Shown here in pieces: positions 21,183 through 33,400 of a stretch of DNA of 43,732 nt. The notes beneath the pieces are model-generated. The model was not told the origin of the DNA. It made no database searches and saw only the letters and a program-made list of their open reading frames with translations. Location of the stretch: positions 611,960,269-612,004,000 of the forward strand of contig NC_067400.1 of the NCBI RefSeq assembly GCF_016432865.1, given 5' to 3'. The translations under genes and the position numbers were made by a program. Each line of letters starts with the position of its first letter. The first letter of the stretch is position 1. This DNA comes from Antechinus flavipes (lineage: Eukaryota).

Positions 21183-24100
21183 CTTCGTGTTCTCGAGCCC
21201 CCCTCAAGTCCTCAAACTTTCTGAGCTAATCGCAGCCCCCCCAAAACGCGCGGCCGCCCACGCCTCTGCTCACTCTGGCCCTGCTCTGCCTCCCCCTTAG
21301 CCCCCAAGGCTGACTCCGTGACCCCTCGGGCTCAAGCGCCTGGAAGCTCCGCTCTCCGGCTTCCTCCTGCCGGGCTCTCGGCTCGCCTGCCGCTCGCTAA
21401 GTCCCCGGGGGCTGGGCCTGGCTCCACACTTAGGCAGCCCTGCTCGGCCCCGCCCCCAGCCGGGCACGCCCCCTCCTCATTGAGAAAACGCTCCTCGAGA
21501 CGAAAATTAAAGAGTGGGGGCTGAGGAGGGAGAGCTTGGGGAGGGAGATGGGGAGGGGGGAGGGGGAGCCACCTGTCGGGAGGGAGGGCAAGGGGAGCCG
21601 TGGCCAGGGGACAGAGGGGAGGGTCCCCACGCAGGACTGGGTTTTAGGGCACCGAACGCCGGGCTCTCGGGTTGGCGCGTGGCCGCTCTTCCGGGCCCGG
21701 GGGGAGGAGTTCGTTCAGTTAGTGGAACAAACTCGCTCAGGCAGGGCCCTGGGGCTCGGAAGCCGAGTCTCCAGGGCTCCCCAAGTGGAAAAGGAGATAT
21801 AAATGTTGCGCTCCTCGGGGACCCAGCCGAGCAGGGGACCGCTGGGACGCGGGGCTATTTTTACCTTGAGAGCAAGGTCAGAGCAGGGTCAGCGGTTTGG
21901 GGGGACACTGAGTCTCGGCGATGGGGGGCCTCCCCGGCGCCAGCCTCCCCCGAGCTGCCAGTCTAATCATGGGGACTACAGGACAAGGCTCTCGCTACTA
22001 AATTCTGCCGAACCTTTTTTTTTTTTTTTAATCGGGAGCCAGGAATCCCGTCCCCCAGACCCCTTTGGGGCCCTTTCTCAGTCATCCACAGGACTAAGCC
22101 GCCCGCCGCTTGTCTCTGGCGGCCGCCCCCCAATCCCTCCACCGCGAGATCCCAGACAGTCCGGTCCCCACACTTCCCTCTGCCTCTTCACTGCCTCCCG
22201 GTCACCCGGGAGACACAAGAGAAGTGGGAGGGGCCGGAGACCAGGAGGCTGGGAACCGAGCAGCTTGTCCTGACGCTTCAATGAGGGTCCCAGCCGCGCG
22301 TTCCCACGAGGGCCAAAGAGGTCCAGGGGCAGCTGGGACAAGCAGGTGGGAGGAAGGGCGCACATCCCTGAGAAATGCCCGCTTCCCACAATCTGCGAAC
22401 AGAAGACCAGACACCTGGGTCCCCAGGAAGAGGGAAACGTGGGGTGGGACGGATGCCTCGGACGCTGGGGCAGCGGAGGGGGATGAGGTGGGGGTCTGGA
22501 CACCTGGGGAGGTTCTGAAGGAGGGTGGGGAGGGGACCGAAAGCCTGGGTCTCTGAGGAGAGACCCAGGCACTCACATGGGAGTGGGGAGGGGGCAAGGG
22601 GGCAGATGCCCCAGGCTCGACTCTGAGAGACGCCATGTCCTGCAGGGTCAGAAATCCGGCCTTAAATCACCCGGCTTCATTGGATTTAGCCACCAATCCA
22701 GATGCCTATCTCAGTAGTACCCCCCCCCCAGCACGCTGCCCGAGGATTTGGGGATCAGCAGACACTAGACATCTGGCTGGATGCCTTGGTTCCCGAGCTA
22801 GCAGGGGCTGGGGAAAGGAGGGCGGTGCAGAGGCTGGAGTAAGGAAACTTGTGAACCAATCTCCCCAGATGCTTTCGCTCCCTGCCCCCCACGATGGAGA
22901 TGGAAAGAGGGAGCGTCTGGGATGAGGCCCTAGGGAGCCAAGTCAGGAAATAAGCCGTTGCTGGGCAAAGGGAAGGAAAATAAAAGTGCTGGGGGTGGAG
23001 AAGTGAAGGGCGGTGGTGAGATGTGATGCAAATCAAAGATGATGAGATTCCTGGCTAAAAGCAAGTATCCCAGACCTCTCTGCTTCTAAGACCCCTGTTC
23101 TAGAACCAAACTACCTTAAGATCTATTGATCTGATCCCCTAGTTCCAAATCCTAGTCCTCCAATCAAACTCCCAAGTCCCCAATACCTTTATGCCCCTTC
23201 CTACCACCCAGTGACCCTGGGGGGAGCCTCCATTTTCCACTTTGGGAGCTTGGATTCTTGCCCTTTAACAGCTCACACAACAGCCCCAAGAGCCCCTGGA
23301 TTCTTTAGAGCTGGCTTCCCTGAAGAGCGAGGCTTAGTGTGACTACAAGACATAAGCAAGGGAAAGGGAACGAGGATTCTGGGAGAGATCCAGAGAGAGC
23401 ACATTAAGAGGGCAAAAATTCTAAAAGAATCAAACATTTGAGACGGAAATCTGAAGGAGCAGTTTGACAGAGGGAAAGTGACATGGAAGGTTTAGAGAGC
23501 TGGAAACTGGGGCTCCCTCTAAAAACAATCTTCTCTCAACAGGGGGTGCTAAAAACCTGGGGAGAAAGTGTTCAGGGACGTGGTGGGAGGAAATTGCCAG
23601 AAGGGGGTAATGGGGGTGCCCAGAGTGATGTGATTGTGTGAGTAAATCTCTGGGAGCTAAAATGAGAGCAGAAGAGGCTTATCCCTTACAAGGGACCAGC
23701 ATATGGTCCAGGAATTAGAGGATGTGGGTAAGGGGAGAGACAGAGGGACTGCAAGAAGCAGTAATATTCATTAGTTAATAGTTAACATTTATTAAACTCA
23801 GAGACCTGAAAAAACTCCCCATTGACCAGGAAGGGACCTGTCAATCACCCTTTTACCCCCTAAGCCCACCACAGGCCTAGAGATCCCATAACACTTTGTG
23901 ATGCCAGTTGAGGTCAGGGAACACAAACTAATACATCTATGATCCCTAAGGAAGTTTACCCTAGGTACTGTGAGAACCACAGATCCCTTTCTATAGCCTA
24001 GATGGAACTCAGAAATACAAGATTTCCCGAGTCCCCATTGGGCCCAGGAGACCCCACAAAAAGACAGCTGATGGTCTTACCTATGATACAACAACCATGT

Positions 24101-24504
24101 GAGACCAAAAGGATCTTATAAACACCAAAGTGATAAACATATATAGTAGGGGGTGCAAAATGCCAGCCAAGCAGCCTAGGTGCTCAGTGGGAACTCAGCA
24201 ATTCCACGGTAAGTCATCTGTGAACCCCCCAGAAATCTCACAGGAAACAATGGAGGAAGCCCCATCTTGTCCCAAAGATGTCATCATAATACTGCTGGAA
24301 GTCCAGCAATCACCCAGAAAAGCCACAAAACTGTCAACTGGGGTCAAATCCTCTATAATAATAGCACCCACTGGGGGGACAGCCGAGTCCTAAATCATTC
24401 AGAGTAATACATTTGTAAGCCCACTGGGAAATCGAGAATCCCATAATAATATCCCTGGGAGATACCAACCGGACCCCAGAGGTTCTAGAATAATTCCCAT
24501 GAAT

Positions 24505-25040
24505 CAATGAAAAAAGCATTTATAGAGTGATTACTGTGTGCCAGGACTTGTGCTAAGCATTAGAGGTAATAGATACAAGACAAGATACTTGCCCTTGTCA
24601 AGTGTTTACAACACATAAAGGGGAGGTGTGAGAAAATAAATGCTCAAGTGATAGGATTCCCAGACAAAACTAAAAAGAATTCCTGCTTTCAAAGAGCTTA
24701 CATTCTCCTGGGCAAGAGAACAACTTGTAAACGAAAACTGTTTACAGTGAATAACAATTTGAGAGGAGAAAGAGTACAACTATTAGGAGACTGGAAAAAC
24801 TTTCCAAAGGAGATGGAAAACACTCAGAAGCTGGACCTTGGAGCTCAATATTCTGAAAGACTTGGGGGAGGAGGAAATACATTCTATGTATTGGGGACAA
24901 CCTGGGTAAAAACATGGAGGTGAGGTGAGAGATTAAAATCTGCGTTTTGGAAAACAAGTAAGCCAGCTTGGCTATAACAAAAATCATGTGAAGGGAGTTG
25001 AGGTGCAATGGCTCTGACAAGGACCCTGTAGGGTCAAGCA
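24505..25040 (-). mobile_element. LINE-2 3' fragment
   Basis: aagcatttatagagtgattactgtgtgccaggacttgtgctaagc... is the typical reverse-complemented L2 3' end, followed by purine-rich decayed L2 body. Confidence 0.55.
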
Positions 25041-25300
25041 CCTTTGTGAACCTCCTATATATTAAAGGATCCTATCAGAAATCCCAGAATATTGGACCAA
25101 AGACAACAAAACTAGTTTTTTGTTTTAAGGTTCCTCATCCCTCCCCCTGTTTTTAAATGGGGAAATGGGGGACGAGGATTGGCAATAATGATGGCAAAAA
25201 AGAAAATGCCCCTCAAGTATTTTTAATGCACAAATGAGAGTGGGAGAAAATTCATCAGTAAGTACAGACAAACAGGAAAATTTTGAAAAATAATATGTTG

Positions 25301-25440
25301 GAGGCAGCTAGGTGGCACAGTGGATAGAGCACCAATCTTGAAATCAGGAGGACTTGAGTTCAAATCTGGTCTCAGACATTTAACTCTTCCTCGCTGTGTG
25401 ACCCTGGGCAAGTCACTTGACCCCAATTGCCTCGGCAAAA
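25301..25440 (+). mobile_element. tRNA-derived marsupial SINE (WSINE1-like) with target-site duplication
   Basis: gaggcagctaggtggcacagtggatagagc...gagttcaaatc...aattgcctcggcaaaa with Pol III A/B boxes. Perfect TSD aaaaataatatgttg at 25286-25300 and 25440-25454. Confidence 0.9.
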
Positions 25441-25629
25441 AAAATAATATGTTGGATTTATACTTTTTAAAAAGTGATCATTGGTTAATTACAATTAGCT
25501 AGACTTAGCCTTTTAAAAAAGCCTTTTAATGTAAACTAACGTTTTCAAATACAATTTTTTTGTATTCTGCTTGCATACATGTAAGTGCTCTGTGTTTAAA
25601 TTCTGAAAAAAAAGTCCAAAAAATTGACA

Positions 25630-27590
25630 GCTGTGTGGAGGATTGGAGAAGTGAGAAAGTGATGACCGACTAATTAGAATGCTATTGCTATAGTTCAGGT
25701 GAAAGGTGAAAAGGATCTGAATTACAGTGCTGACTACTGAGTTAAGAAAACTGATGAGAGATATCTCATGTGGAGGTAAAATCCACAGAATTTGGAAACT
25801 GGATATGGGAATAGAGGGAGAGGAAGAGTTGAGGGTTCCAAAGTTCTATGACCTGAAAAATAATGGTTCCCTCAAGAGAGATGGGACATATAGGGAGGGG
25901 AGTAAGTTTAGGGAAAAAAAGATAAAAGAGGCAGGAGGTAGAAGAGTCTGTGGGGATAGCTAGATGGAGATGGCAAGCAGGCAATTGGTTATGGAGGACT
26001 AGCACACAGAGGGAAATTAAGGTCTGAATATTTAGGAATCTTTGGAGAGAGATAACTGACCCTGTGAGTCGATGAGATCTCCAAAGAAGAATGTGTGGAG
26101 AAGGAAAAAGGGGGGGGGCTCAAGAAAGGGCTTTGGAATTTTTGTACAAACAAAACTAATGCAGACAAGATTAAGAAGGGTAGCAATAAACTGGGAAAAC
26201 ATTTTTACAGTCAAAGGTTCTGATAAAGGCCTCATTTCCAAAATATATAAAGAACTGACTAATTTATAAGAAATCAAGCCGTTCTTCAATTGATAAATGG
26301 TCAAAGATATAAACAGACAATTCTCAAGACTAAGAATTTGAAACTATTTCTAGCCATATGAAAATATGCTCCAAGTCATTATTAATCAGGGAAATGCAAA
26401 TTAAGACAACTCTGAGATACCACTACACACCTGTCAAATTGGCTAGAATGACAGGGAAAGATAATGCGGAATGTTGGAGGGGATGTGGGAAAACTGGGAC
26501 ACTGATACATTGTTGGTGGAGTTGTGAACACATCCAGCCATTCTGGAGAGCAATTTGGAACTATGCTCAAAAAGTTATCAAACTGTGCATACCCTTTGAT
26601 CCAGCAGTGTTACTACTGGGCTTATACCCCAAAGAGATACTAAAGAAGGGAAAGGGACCTGTACGTGCCAAAATGTTTGTGGCAGCCCTGTTTGTAGTGG
26701 CTAGGGCTAGAATTTGGAAAATGAATGGATGCCCATCAATTGGAGAATGGTTGGATAAATTGTGGTATATGAACGTTATGGAATATTATTGTTCTGTAAG
26801 AAATGACCAGCAGGATGAGTACAGAGAGGACTGGCGAGAATTACATGAACTGATGCTGAGTGAAATGAGCAGAACCAGGAGATCATTATATACCTCAACA
26901 ACGATACTGTTTGAGTATGTATTCTGATGGAAGTGGATCTCTTCGATAAAGAGCAAATCTAACTCAGTTTCAATGGATAAATGATGGACAGAAGCAGCTA
27001 CACCCAAAGAAAGAACACTGGGAAATGAATATAAACTGCTTACATTTTTGTTTTTCCTCCCGGGTTATTTTTACCTTCTGAATCCAATTCTCCTATGCAA
27101 CAAGAGAACTGTTCGGTTCTGCAAACATATATTGTATCTAGGATACACTGTGACATATTTAACTTGTATAGGACTGCTTGCCATCTAGGGGAAGGGGTGA
27201 AGGGAGGGAGGGGAAGAGTCGGAATAGAAGTGAGTGCAAGGGATTATATTGTTGTAAAAAAAATTACCCAGACATGGGCTCTGTCAATAAAAAGTTATAA
27301 TAACAAAAAAATTAAGGCCTTTAGGTTACATCCATTTATAGGTGATAGGATATGAATGATGATCCAGCAAAGGGGATAAAAAGAAGAGGTCAAATAGGGA
27401 GAACTAAGATCAGTATTAGAAAAATCTTGGGAGTAAATATATCCAAGGAGGTTTGGTCAGCAGTATCACATATCCCCAAATCGATAGGGAATAAGAAAAA
27501 GTCATTGTATTTAACAATTAGGAGATATGGAGGACTAAAACTAGGAGAATATGGAGGGCTAAAAAACTAAGAAGTTTTAGTTTAGTGGTG
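25630..27590 (-). mobile_element. LINE-2 fragment (25630-26110 and 27310-27590) split by an L1 insertion
   Basis: Purine-rich decayed L2 body on both sides of the L1 (gatgagatctccaaag...; gatgatccagcaaagg...gtcagcagtatcaca...). Confidence 0.55.
26139..27310 (+). mobile_element. 5'-truncated L1 (ORF2 C-terminus, 3' UTR, poly-A)
   Basis: ORF 26358-26927 (LIREMQIKTTLRYHYTP...CWRGCGKTGTLIHCWW...FDPAVLLLGLYPKE...WYMNVMEYY) is the L1 ORF2p cysteine-rich C-terminus, followed by 3' UTR and A-rich tail. Confidence 0.95.
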
Positions 27591-27609
27591 GAGAAGGGAG
27601 CCCTTTTTT

Positions 27610-27845
27610 ATTGTTGTTCAATCCTGTCCACTCCATGACCCCATCTGACTTTCGTGGCAAAGATACTGGGGTGGTTTGCCATTTCCTTCTCCAGATCATT
27701 TACAATTGAGGAAACTGAGTCAAACAGGGTTACGGCACTTGCCCAGGATCACATAGCCAGGAGGTGTCTGAGGCCAATTTTGAACTCAGGAAAATCAGTC
27801 TTCCTGATTCTAGGTCTGCCATTCTATCCACTGTGCCAGCCATTT
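27610..27845 (-). mobile_element. MAR1/MIR-type CORE-SINE
   Basis: gcaaagatactggggtggtttgccatttccttctccag...gaggaaactgag...tttgaactcagg...attctatccactgtgcc. A similar fragment lies at ~35770-35890. Confidence 0.75.
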
Positions 27846-28009
27846 CTGCCAAAGCCATTTATTGAATGCTGGGTACTGCTAAGTGCTTTACAAATATTGC
27901 CTAATTTGATCTTCACAACAATCTTGCAAAGTAAATGCTATTCTGATCCTCGTTTAACAATCAACTAAGGTAGAGGTTAAACAACTAGGCTGTTGCCTAG
28001 GATCACACA

Positions 28010-28375
28010 GATAACAATTAGTGTTATGGAAATTATGAAGGATAAGAAGTAAGATTTAAGAAGCCCCTTCTGGGTAGAAGTAGTGGTCGATGACATGGAA
28101 CTATGAAACTTGGCTTGACCTTTGGGTCCTGTTTTTTCGTATCAGCTTAGATCAATGAGTATGGTAGCAACGTGTTGACCTATTTGTAGATTTGCTAGTG
28201 GGTTTAGTCTATGGAAGATATGTGTAAAATATCCTAGTATGTTTGAGAAGTTATGTGTATGGATTAAGGATTTGATTGGTATTTTGTTTGTTATTATATC
28301 AAGTTCTGTGGCGATTACAATTCCTAGTATGGTTACGATTAGGGCTGAGTTTTGTTAAGGTGGGCATGGTTATTT
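28010..28375 (-). pseudogene. MT-ND5 (NUMT): NUMT: nuclear copy of the mitochondrial ND5 3' end
   Basis: In vertebrate mitochondrial code the minus strand reads MTMPTLTK(frameshift)ALIVTMLGIVIATELDMMTNKMPIKSLIHTHNFSNMLGYFTHIFH*LNPLANLQMGQHVATMLIDLSWYEKTGPKGQAKFHSSMSSTTTSTQKGLLKSYFLSFMISMTLIVI, the ND5 C-terminus. TGA sits at the conserved Trp (28142-28144). Confidence 0.92.
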
Positions 28376-31339
28376 TAGTTTGCAAAGGGTCAAGAAGTGA
28401 GTAGGATATGAAGAAGGAATATAAGCTATTTTTCCTAAGACTGGCATTGAAAAAAGAAGTATGGAAGCCGATAATTTGAGGGGATTGCAGGACTAAGTGA
28501 AAAACCATTGGTGTCGTGACAAATATAGAAATATGTTTAAACGAACTGCACAGATTTAACATATCAGATTGCTTGCTGTCTTGGGGAGGAGGAAGATGAG
28601 GGAGAAAAATTTGGAACACAAAGTCTTTTAAAAAATGAAATGTTGATATTTAACATGTATTGGACTACCTGTCAAGATGATTGGGGGGGGGGGGAGAAGG
28701 GGAAAATTTGCAATAAAAGGTTACATAAGGGTCAATGTCAGGAAAATTACTCATGCATATGTTTTGTAAATAAAAAGCTTTAATAAAAAAGGAATGTTGA
28801 AAATTACCTTTACATATATTTGCGAAAATCAAAAAAGTATTGAAAATTTTAAAAAAGAGAAAAAAATTGAACACTGTTGGCATCTTCTCATTGCCTCTGG
28901 GATAAGATGCAAAATTTAAGGCTCTTGATAGTTTGTCTTCAGGGAAGGTAATGTAGTGAGATGGAAAGAATATTGTATTTGGAGTCAGGAGAGTTAGGTT
29001 CAAGTTCTAGATCAACTATTACTGTGATGTTGAATTTGTCAATTAAAATGAATTTTTAAAAGCATTTATTAAACAGTTATGATGTGCAGTGCTCTGAGGA
29101 TACAAATAGAAAAAAAGACAAGAGCTTCTATTCTAATGGTATCACAACATATATATAAGGTTTCCATTTTGAATCAAATGGAAAGGTCCCATAATCCTTA
29201 GGGTGCAGCAGCAAATTGGAAATTTAAATAAAGGTGGCATTTCATACCATTTCTGATAAAAACCAAGTTTCGATTTGGCAGTGTCTGGGACTTGGGTAGC
29301 AAGCATTTCCTTTGCAGTCTTCACTTGCGGGGGGAGCAGCTGCTAGACTTCAGCTCCGAGGGATAGCCAGCTAGAACGATGGCTGAGAGCACTGTGCTAG
29401 AAGCGATACTATTGCCAATAGTCCCAGGTCAGGGTCCTGGGGTTTGAGGGGACATGGCAGTCAAGGTTTGACTTGGCACAAGCTATCATCTGTCTCTCCC
29501 TTGGGGCAAGTAACAATCTTTTTACAAAATCACTAAATCTGAAAGTTGGAAAGAAATTCAGGGGTCATCTAGGCTATCAAGAAAATAATAGCTGTTATAA
29601 TAGCTGACAAGTGGTTGTCTGAGGCCTGTTTGAAGGCCTCGAAAGCAGAGGAACCTATCACTTCTTCAGGGAGGTCATTCTACTTTTGAACATCTTCACT
29701 CATTAGGCATTTTTTTTTTATGATTATAAAGAGGACTGGGCCTGTTTTTTCCTGATGTATCAGGAGACTCTCCCCTGAACCAGTATGTAATTCAAAGTGA
29801 ATGGGGATGTAATGGGCAAGTGGCGTAAGGACCCAGTCTTTACAAGCATGTGCAGAATGCTCAGGTGATGCAATTCCCACATGGACTTTGGAGCATGTAC
29901 AGACATTCTATAACTAGTTCTGGTCTGCTGACCTCATGGTGAAAAAGAGCCTCTTCAATTGGCCACAGCTTCCTAGCCAGAAACGGGGATGTATTTAAAA
30001 TAGATTAGTTCAACTCATTTCTTTTTTCAACATCTCCCTGTTGGAATTTCCAGCCTGCTGGTTCCAAGGAGAAAAAAGAAACAGTGCTAATGTAAGGGGA
30101 TGTGCCAAGGGCTCTACCCAGCTAATGTTGACCTATGGTCAGTAAATACACGTTCTGAGTTCTGTGGAAGAATATTAAAAACCTTTTCCATTCAAATGAA
30201 AATATTCATAATGTTTTTTCCAAGCTAAAAACTCGTTTCTCTTTTAAGATCCCATTAAAAGGACCCTAAGGTAACAGACCAAAGTCTAGGAAATAGATAA
30301 AAAGCTTTAATCAAGCCTCTCATCTTGCCTACCCATCCCCTGAAATGATTGATATCACCATCCCCTTAAGGGCAGTGTCTTCTTTTTCATTCAGTAATTG
30401 AGTTATTGGATCAAAGGAAGCTCTCTTAGTCCTCAGGGAGTGATCAAGGAAAGAAATGGAGAAAATGACTGTTTTGGGAGTGTTAACCTAAAACTGTATC
30501 TAACATATGATCTTTTCCTTGTTCAAGAATCCTACAAATATTATTTTTAAACCATCTCAGAAGGCACAGGGGGAACTATGCCAGTTAGGATCTTTCTATT
30601 ATCTAGGTATGATTTGAATATAGAATAATGTGAAAGTTTGTTCTTCAGACTTGTGCCTAAAGTTCACAATAGTAATTTCTTTTTATCTGTGACAATTCTT
30701 TGTTTCTATCTTTTTTTTTTTAATTTTAAGTAAAGGATATTGGAGGATACGGTTCTGTGAATCTCAAAACATTAAGAGATCCAGTTGCCAGTAGGTTCAG
30801 GAGTGATGCTCATGCTGGAATTTACAATTAGCTTTGAGGTCTAAGGAAGCAATCTTTCAGGACCCGGGACAGCAATATTTGAGAGAAGAGATTGGCCAAT
30901 CCACTATTAGAGTAGCAATGCTACTACTCTAGGCCTGAACTTGGTGGAATTAATGTTATGTAGAAACTGCATTAAGATTGAGCCCACTCACCCCAGAGAC
31001 TAAGATGGTAGAGGTGCCAGTTTGCCCCTGAAATATTGAGAAGAAAATTTTGTATTTCTGTTCTTGGTAATGATTAAATGGAAGTACGGTACCAGTATCT
31101 GATGGCTAACAGGAGGGAACCACATCAGGCTTTGAGCTCCAGTCCATAGGACTAGAGAAGAGACATCCCAACCTCTCCAGGAAACCCCTAGAAATTGGAA
31201 AAGATGTACCCAGCTATCTCTGGTTGGGCAAAGGAAGCTCTCTCAATCTTTAAGGAGTGGTCAAGGAAGGAATTTAAACGACTGTTTTTGGAGAATTAAC
31301 CCCAAACTGCACCAGAAATCTCAACATTTGCATCAAGTC

Positions 31340-33400
31340 TAAATTTGGTACTTTGTAGTTCCCATCCACTGTTCCTTGTTTTCCTTTCTATGGCAAAACA
31401 GAATAAATTTCCTCCTTTCACAAAATACTTTCAAATACCTGAAGGCAACTCCTCTCATGTTTTCCTGTGTAAATCAAGCCCAGTTCCTTCAGTCACAGAG
31501 TCATGATGACCCTTTTGCCACAACACTCCAGGATTAGAACTGACAAAAGCAGGGAACAATTTTCTATAGTTTCCCTATTCCTAGAAGCTATGTCTCCCCT
31601 TAAAGCGCACCAATACTGCCTTTGCTTTTGTGGCTACCACAGCACTTATACTGGCTTTAAAGTCCACTAAAACCTTCAGATCTTTTTCTGAACAACTGCT
31701 ATCTTTCTGTGCTTATCCATCATCTACTTGTGAAATAGATATCTAAGTGCAAGGCTTTTAATTATATCTCTATTTTCAACATCTTCAATTTGGACCAATG
31801 CTTATCAAGATTCTTTTGGAACGTTTTTCTTCCCGGGTTATTTTTACCTTCTGAATCCAATTCTCCCTGTGCAACAAGAAAACTGCATCTGCAAACATAT
31901 ATTGTATCTAGGATATACTGCAACATATCTAACATATATAGGACTGCTTGCCATCTAGGGGAGGAGGTGGAGGGAGGGAGGGGAAAAATCAGAACAGAAG
32001 CGAGTGCAAGGGATAATGTTGTAAAAAAAATTACCCTGGCATGGATTCTGTCAATATAAAGTTATTATTAAATAAAAGAAAAAAAAGATTCTTTTGGAAC
32101 TTGATTTTGTCTTCCTCTCCAGCTATCCCTCCCAGCTTTACATTATCTGTGAATTTGGCAAACTTATCATATGTAGCTTTGTCAAGTTATTGATCAAGAT
32201 GCTAAAATAGCACAGACCTCTCATCTATTTATATTCATTAAATTCTATTTCCTAATTTTAATGATTTTTAAAAACTTCTATAGAAGTCATCTGAACTCTG
32301 ATCCTTAAGAGTAACTTGACTTGTTCAAGTGGTTACATTTCTCTGATCTTGATGTTCACTTTTTCCATTTCAGATTCACTTGGGAAAGTACCATGAGACA
32401 TTTTAATTTGGGCTATAAGTGATTTCATTCTGCCACACCATCCAACATATGGTAGATGGGCTGGTGGATGACCTAGCCTTGAGTTCAATCTTGAATTTGA
32501 AGTTTTTCTGTCAATAAAAAAGCAAAATTACACTTAGAAATAAATAGGCTTTTGAAATTAGGAAAAAAACCAAAATAGCATGGAACCAAGCAGAGGTTCC
32601 TATGGTTCCCTACTGGAAACCTCTCGCCACGCTGGTGCTAAACAATACTTGGAAGCCTGCTATCCAAACAACTCTATCGGGATGTCTTATTATCGAATCC
32701 ATAGTCCTCCATCTTTTCAAGAAAAGTTAAATGATTGCTCCAGCATCCTTCTCATCCATTATTTTCATCCCAACCCTTTCCAAAAAGGAAATGCGGCTGT
32801 CTGAGTGGGATTTGAACTCAGGTCCTCCTGACTCTATCGCTGAAGCACTGTCTAGCTGTCCCAATGTGAAATGTTTTTGATGAAACGAAGCTGATTCTTT
32901 GCAAGGTTGTTTCTGTTTTTGACGCTTGCCATTCACATCTTCAGTGGAGAATTTTCCCAGGAATCTAAGTGAAGTTGACTGGCCTCCAGGCTGTAGATTG
33001 TTTTCTTCCCTTTTGTATTTGTTGGGACATTTTTCCTCCCCCAGTTTGGGGGTCTCTCATTTTCTGTGATCTTTCTGCTATCGCTGTGGCCAGGTCTTTC
33101 ACAATCCAGGGATTTATGTCATTCATCAGTGCCAGGAGACTTGAATTCACGGAGAACAGTGAGGTGCTATCTTTCACTGTCTCCTTATCTTGGGTATCGA
33201 TTCCTTATCCCTTTTTGTTGTGTCATTTCCAGTATAAAAGTCATTTTCCTTTGCAGAGAAAACAAAGAACTGAGCAGCTCTATTTTCTCTTTGTCATCAG
33301 TTATCATCACCCGTTCCGCCCGAAGCAAAGGTCCTGTCCTTTTTGATTCTCCTCACCCACCCCGACATAATGGGACTCAGTTGAAAGAGATGGACTAAGC
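31340..33400 (-). mobile_element. Fragmented CR1/L3 LINE, interrupted by younger inserts
   Basis: Decayed RT-region motifs on the minus strand: VMITDDKEKIELLS (~33260-33310), INPWIVKDLATAIAE...KGRKQSTAWRPVNFT (32965-33177), GVPQGSVLGP-like (~32580-32615), FINDL/FADDTKLGG-like (~32130-32220), and L3 3' sequence 31340-31760. Further pieces at ~33570-33740 (+) and 34150-34310 (-). Confidence 0.75.

Noticed and set aside
22290-22360. gggccaaagag resembling nephrin exon 2 (QWAKDG)
   Set aside because: Flanking codons do not match nephrin in any frame and there are no fitting splice sites.
25301-25440. tRNA-like sequence with A/B boxes (also 34531-34690)
   Set aside because: SINE body, A-tail and target-site duplications identify retroposons, not tRNA genes.
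26358-26927. 189-aa ORF as a host gene
   Set aside because: It is the C-terminus of L1 ORF2p in a truncated retrotransposon.
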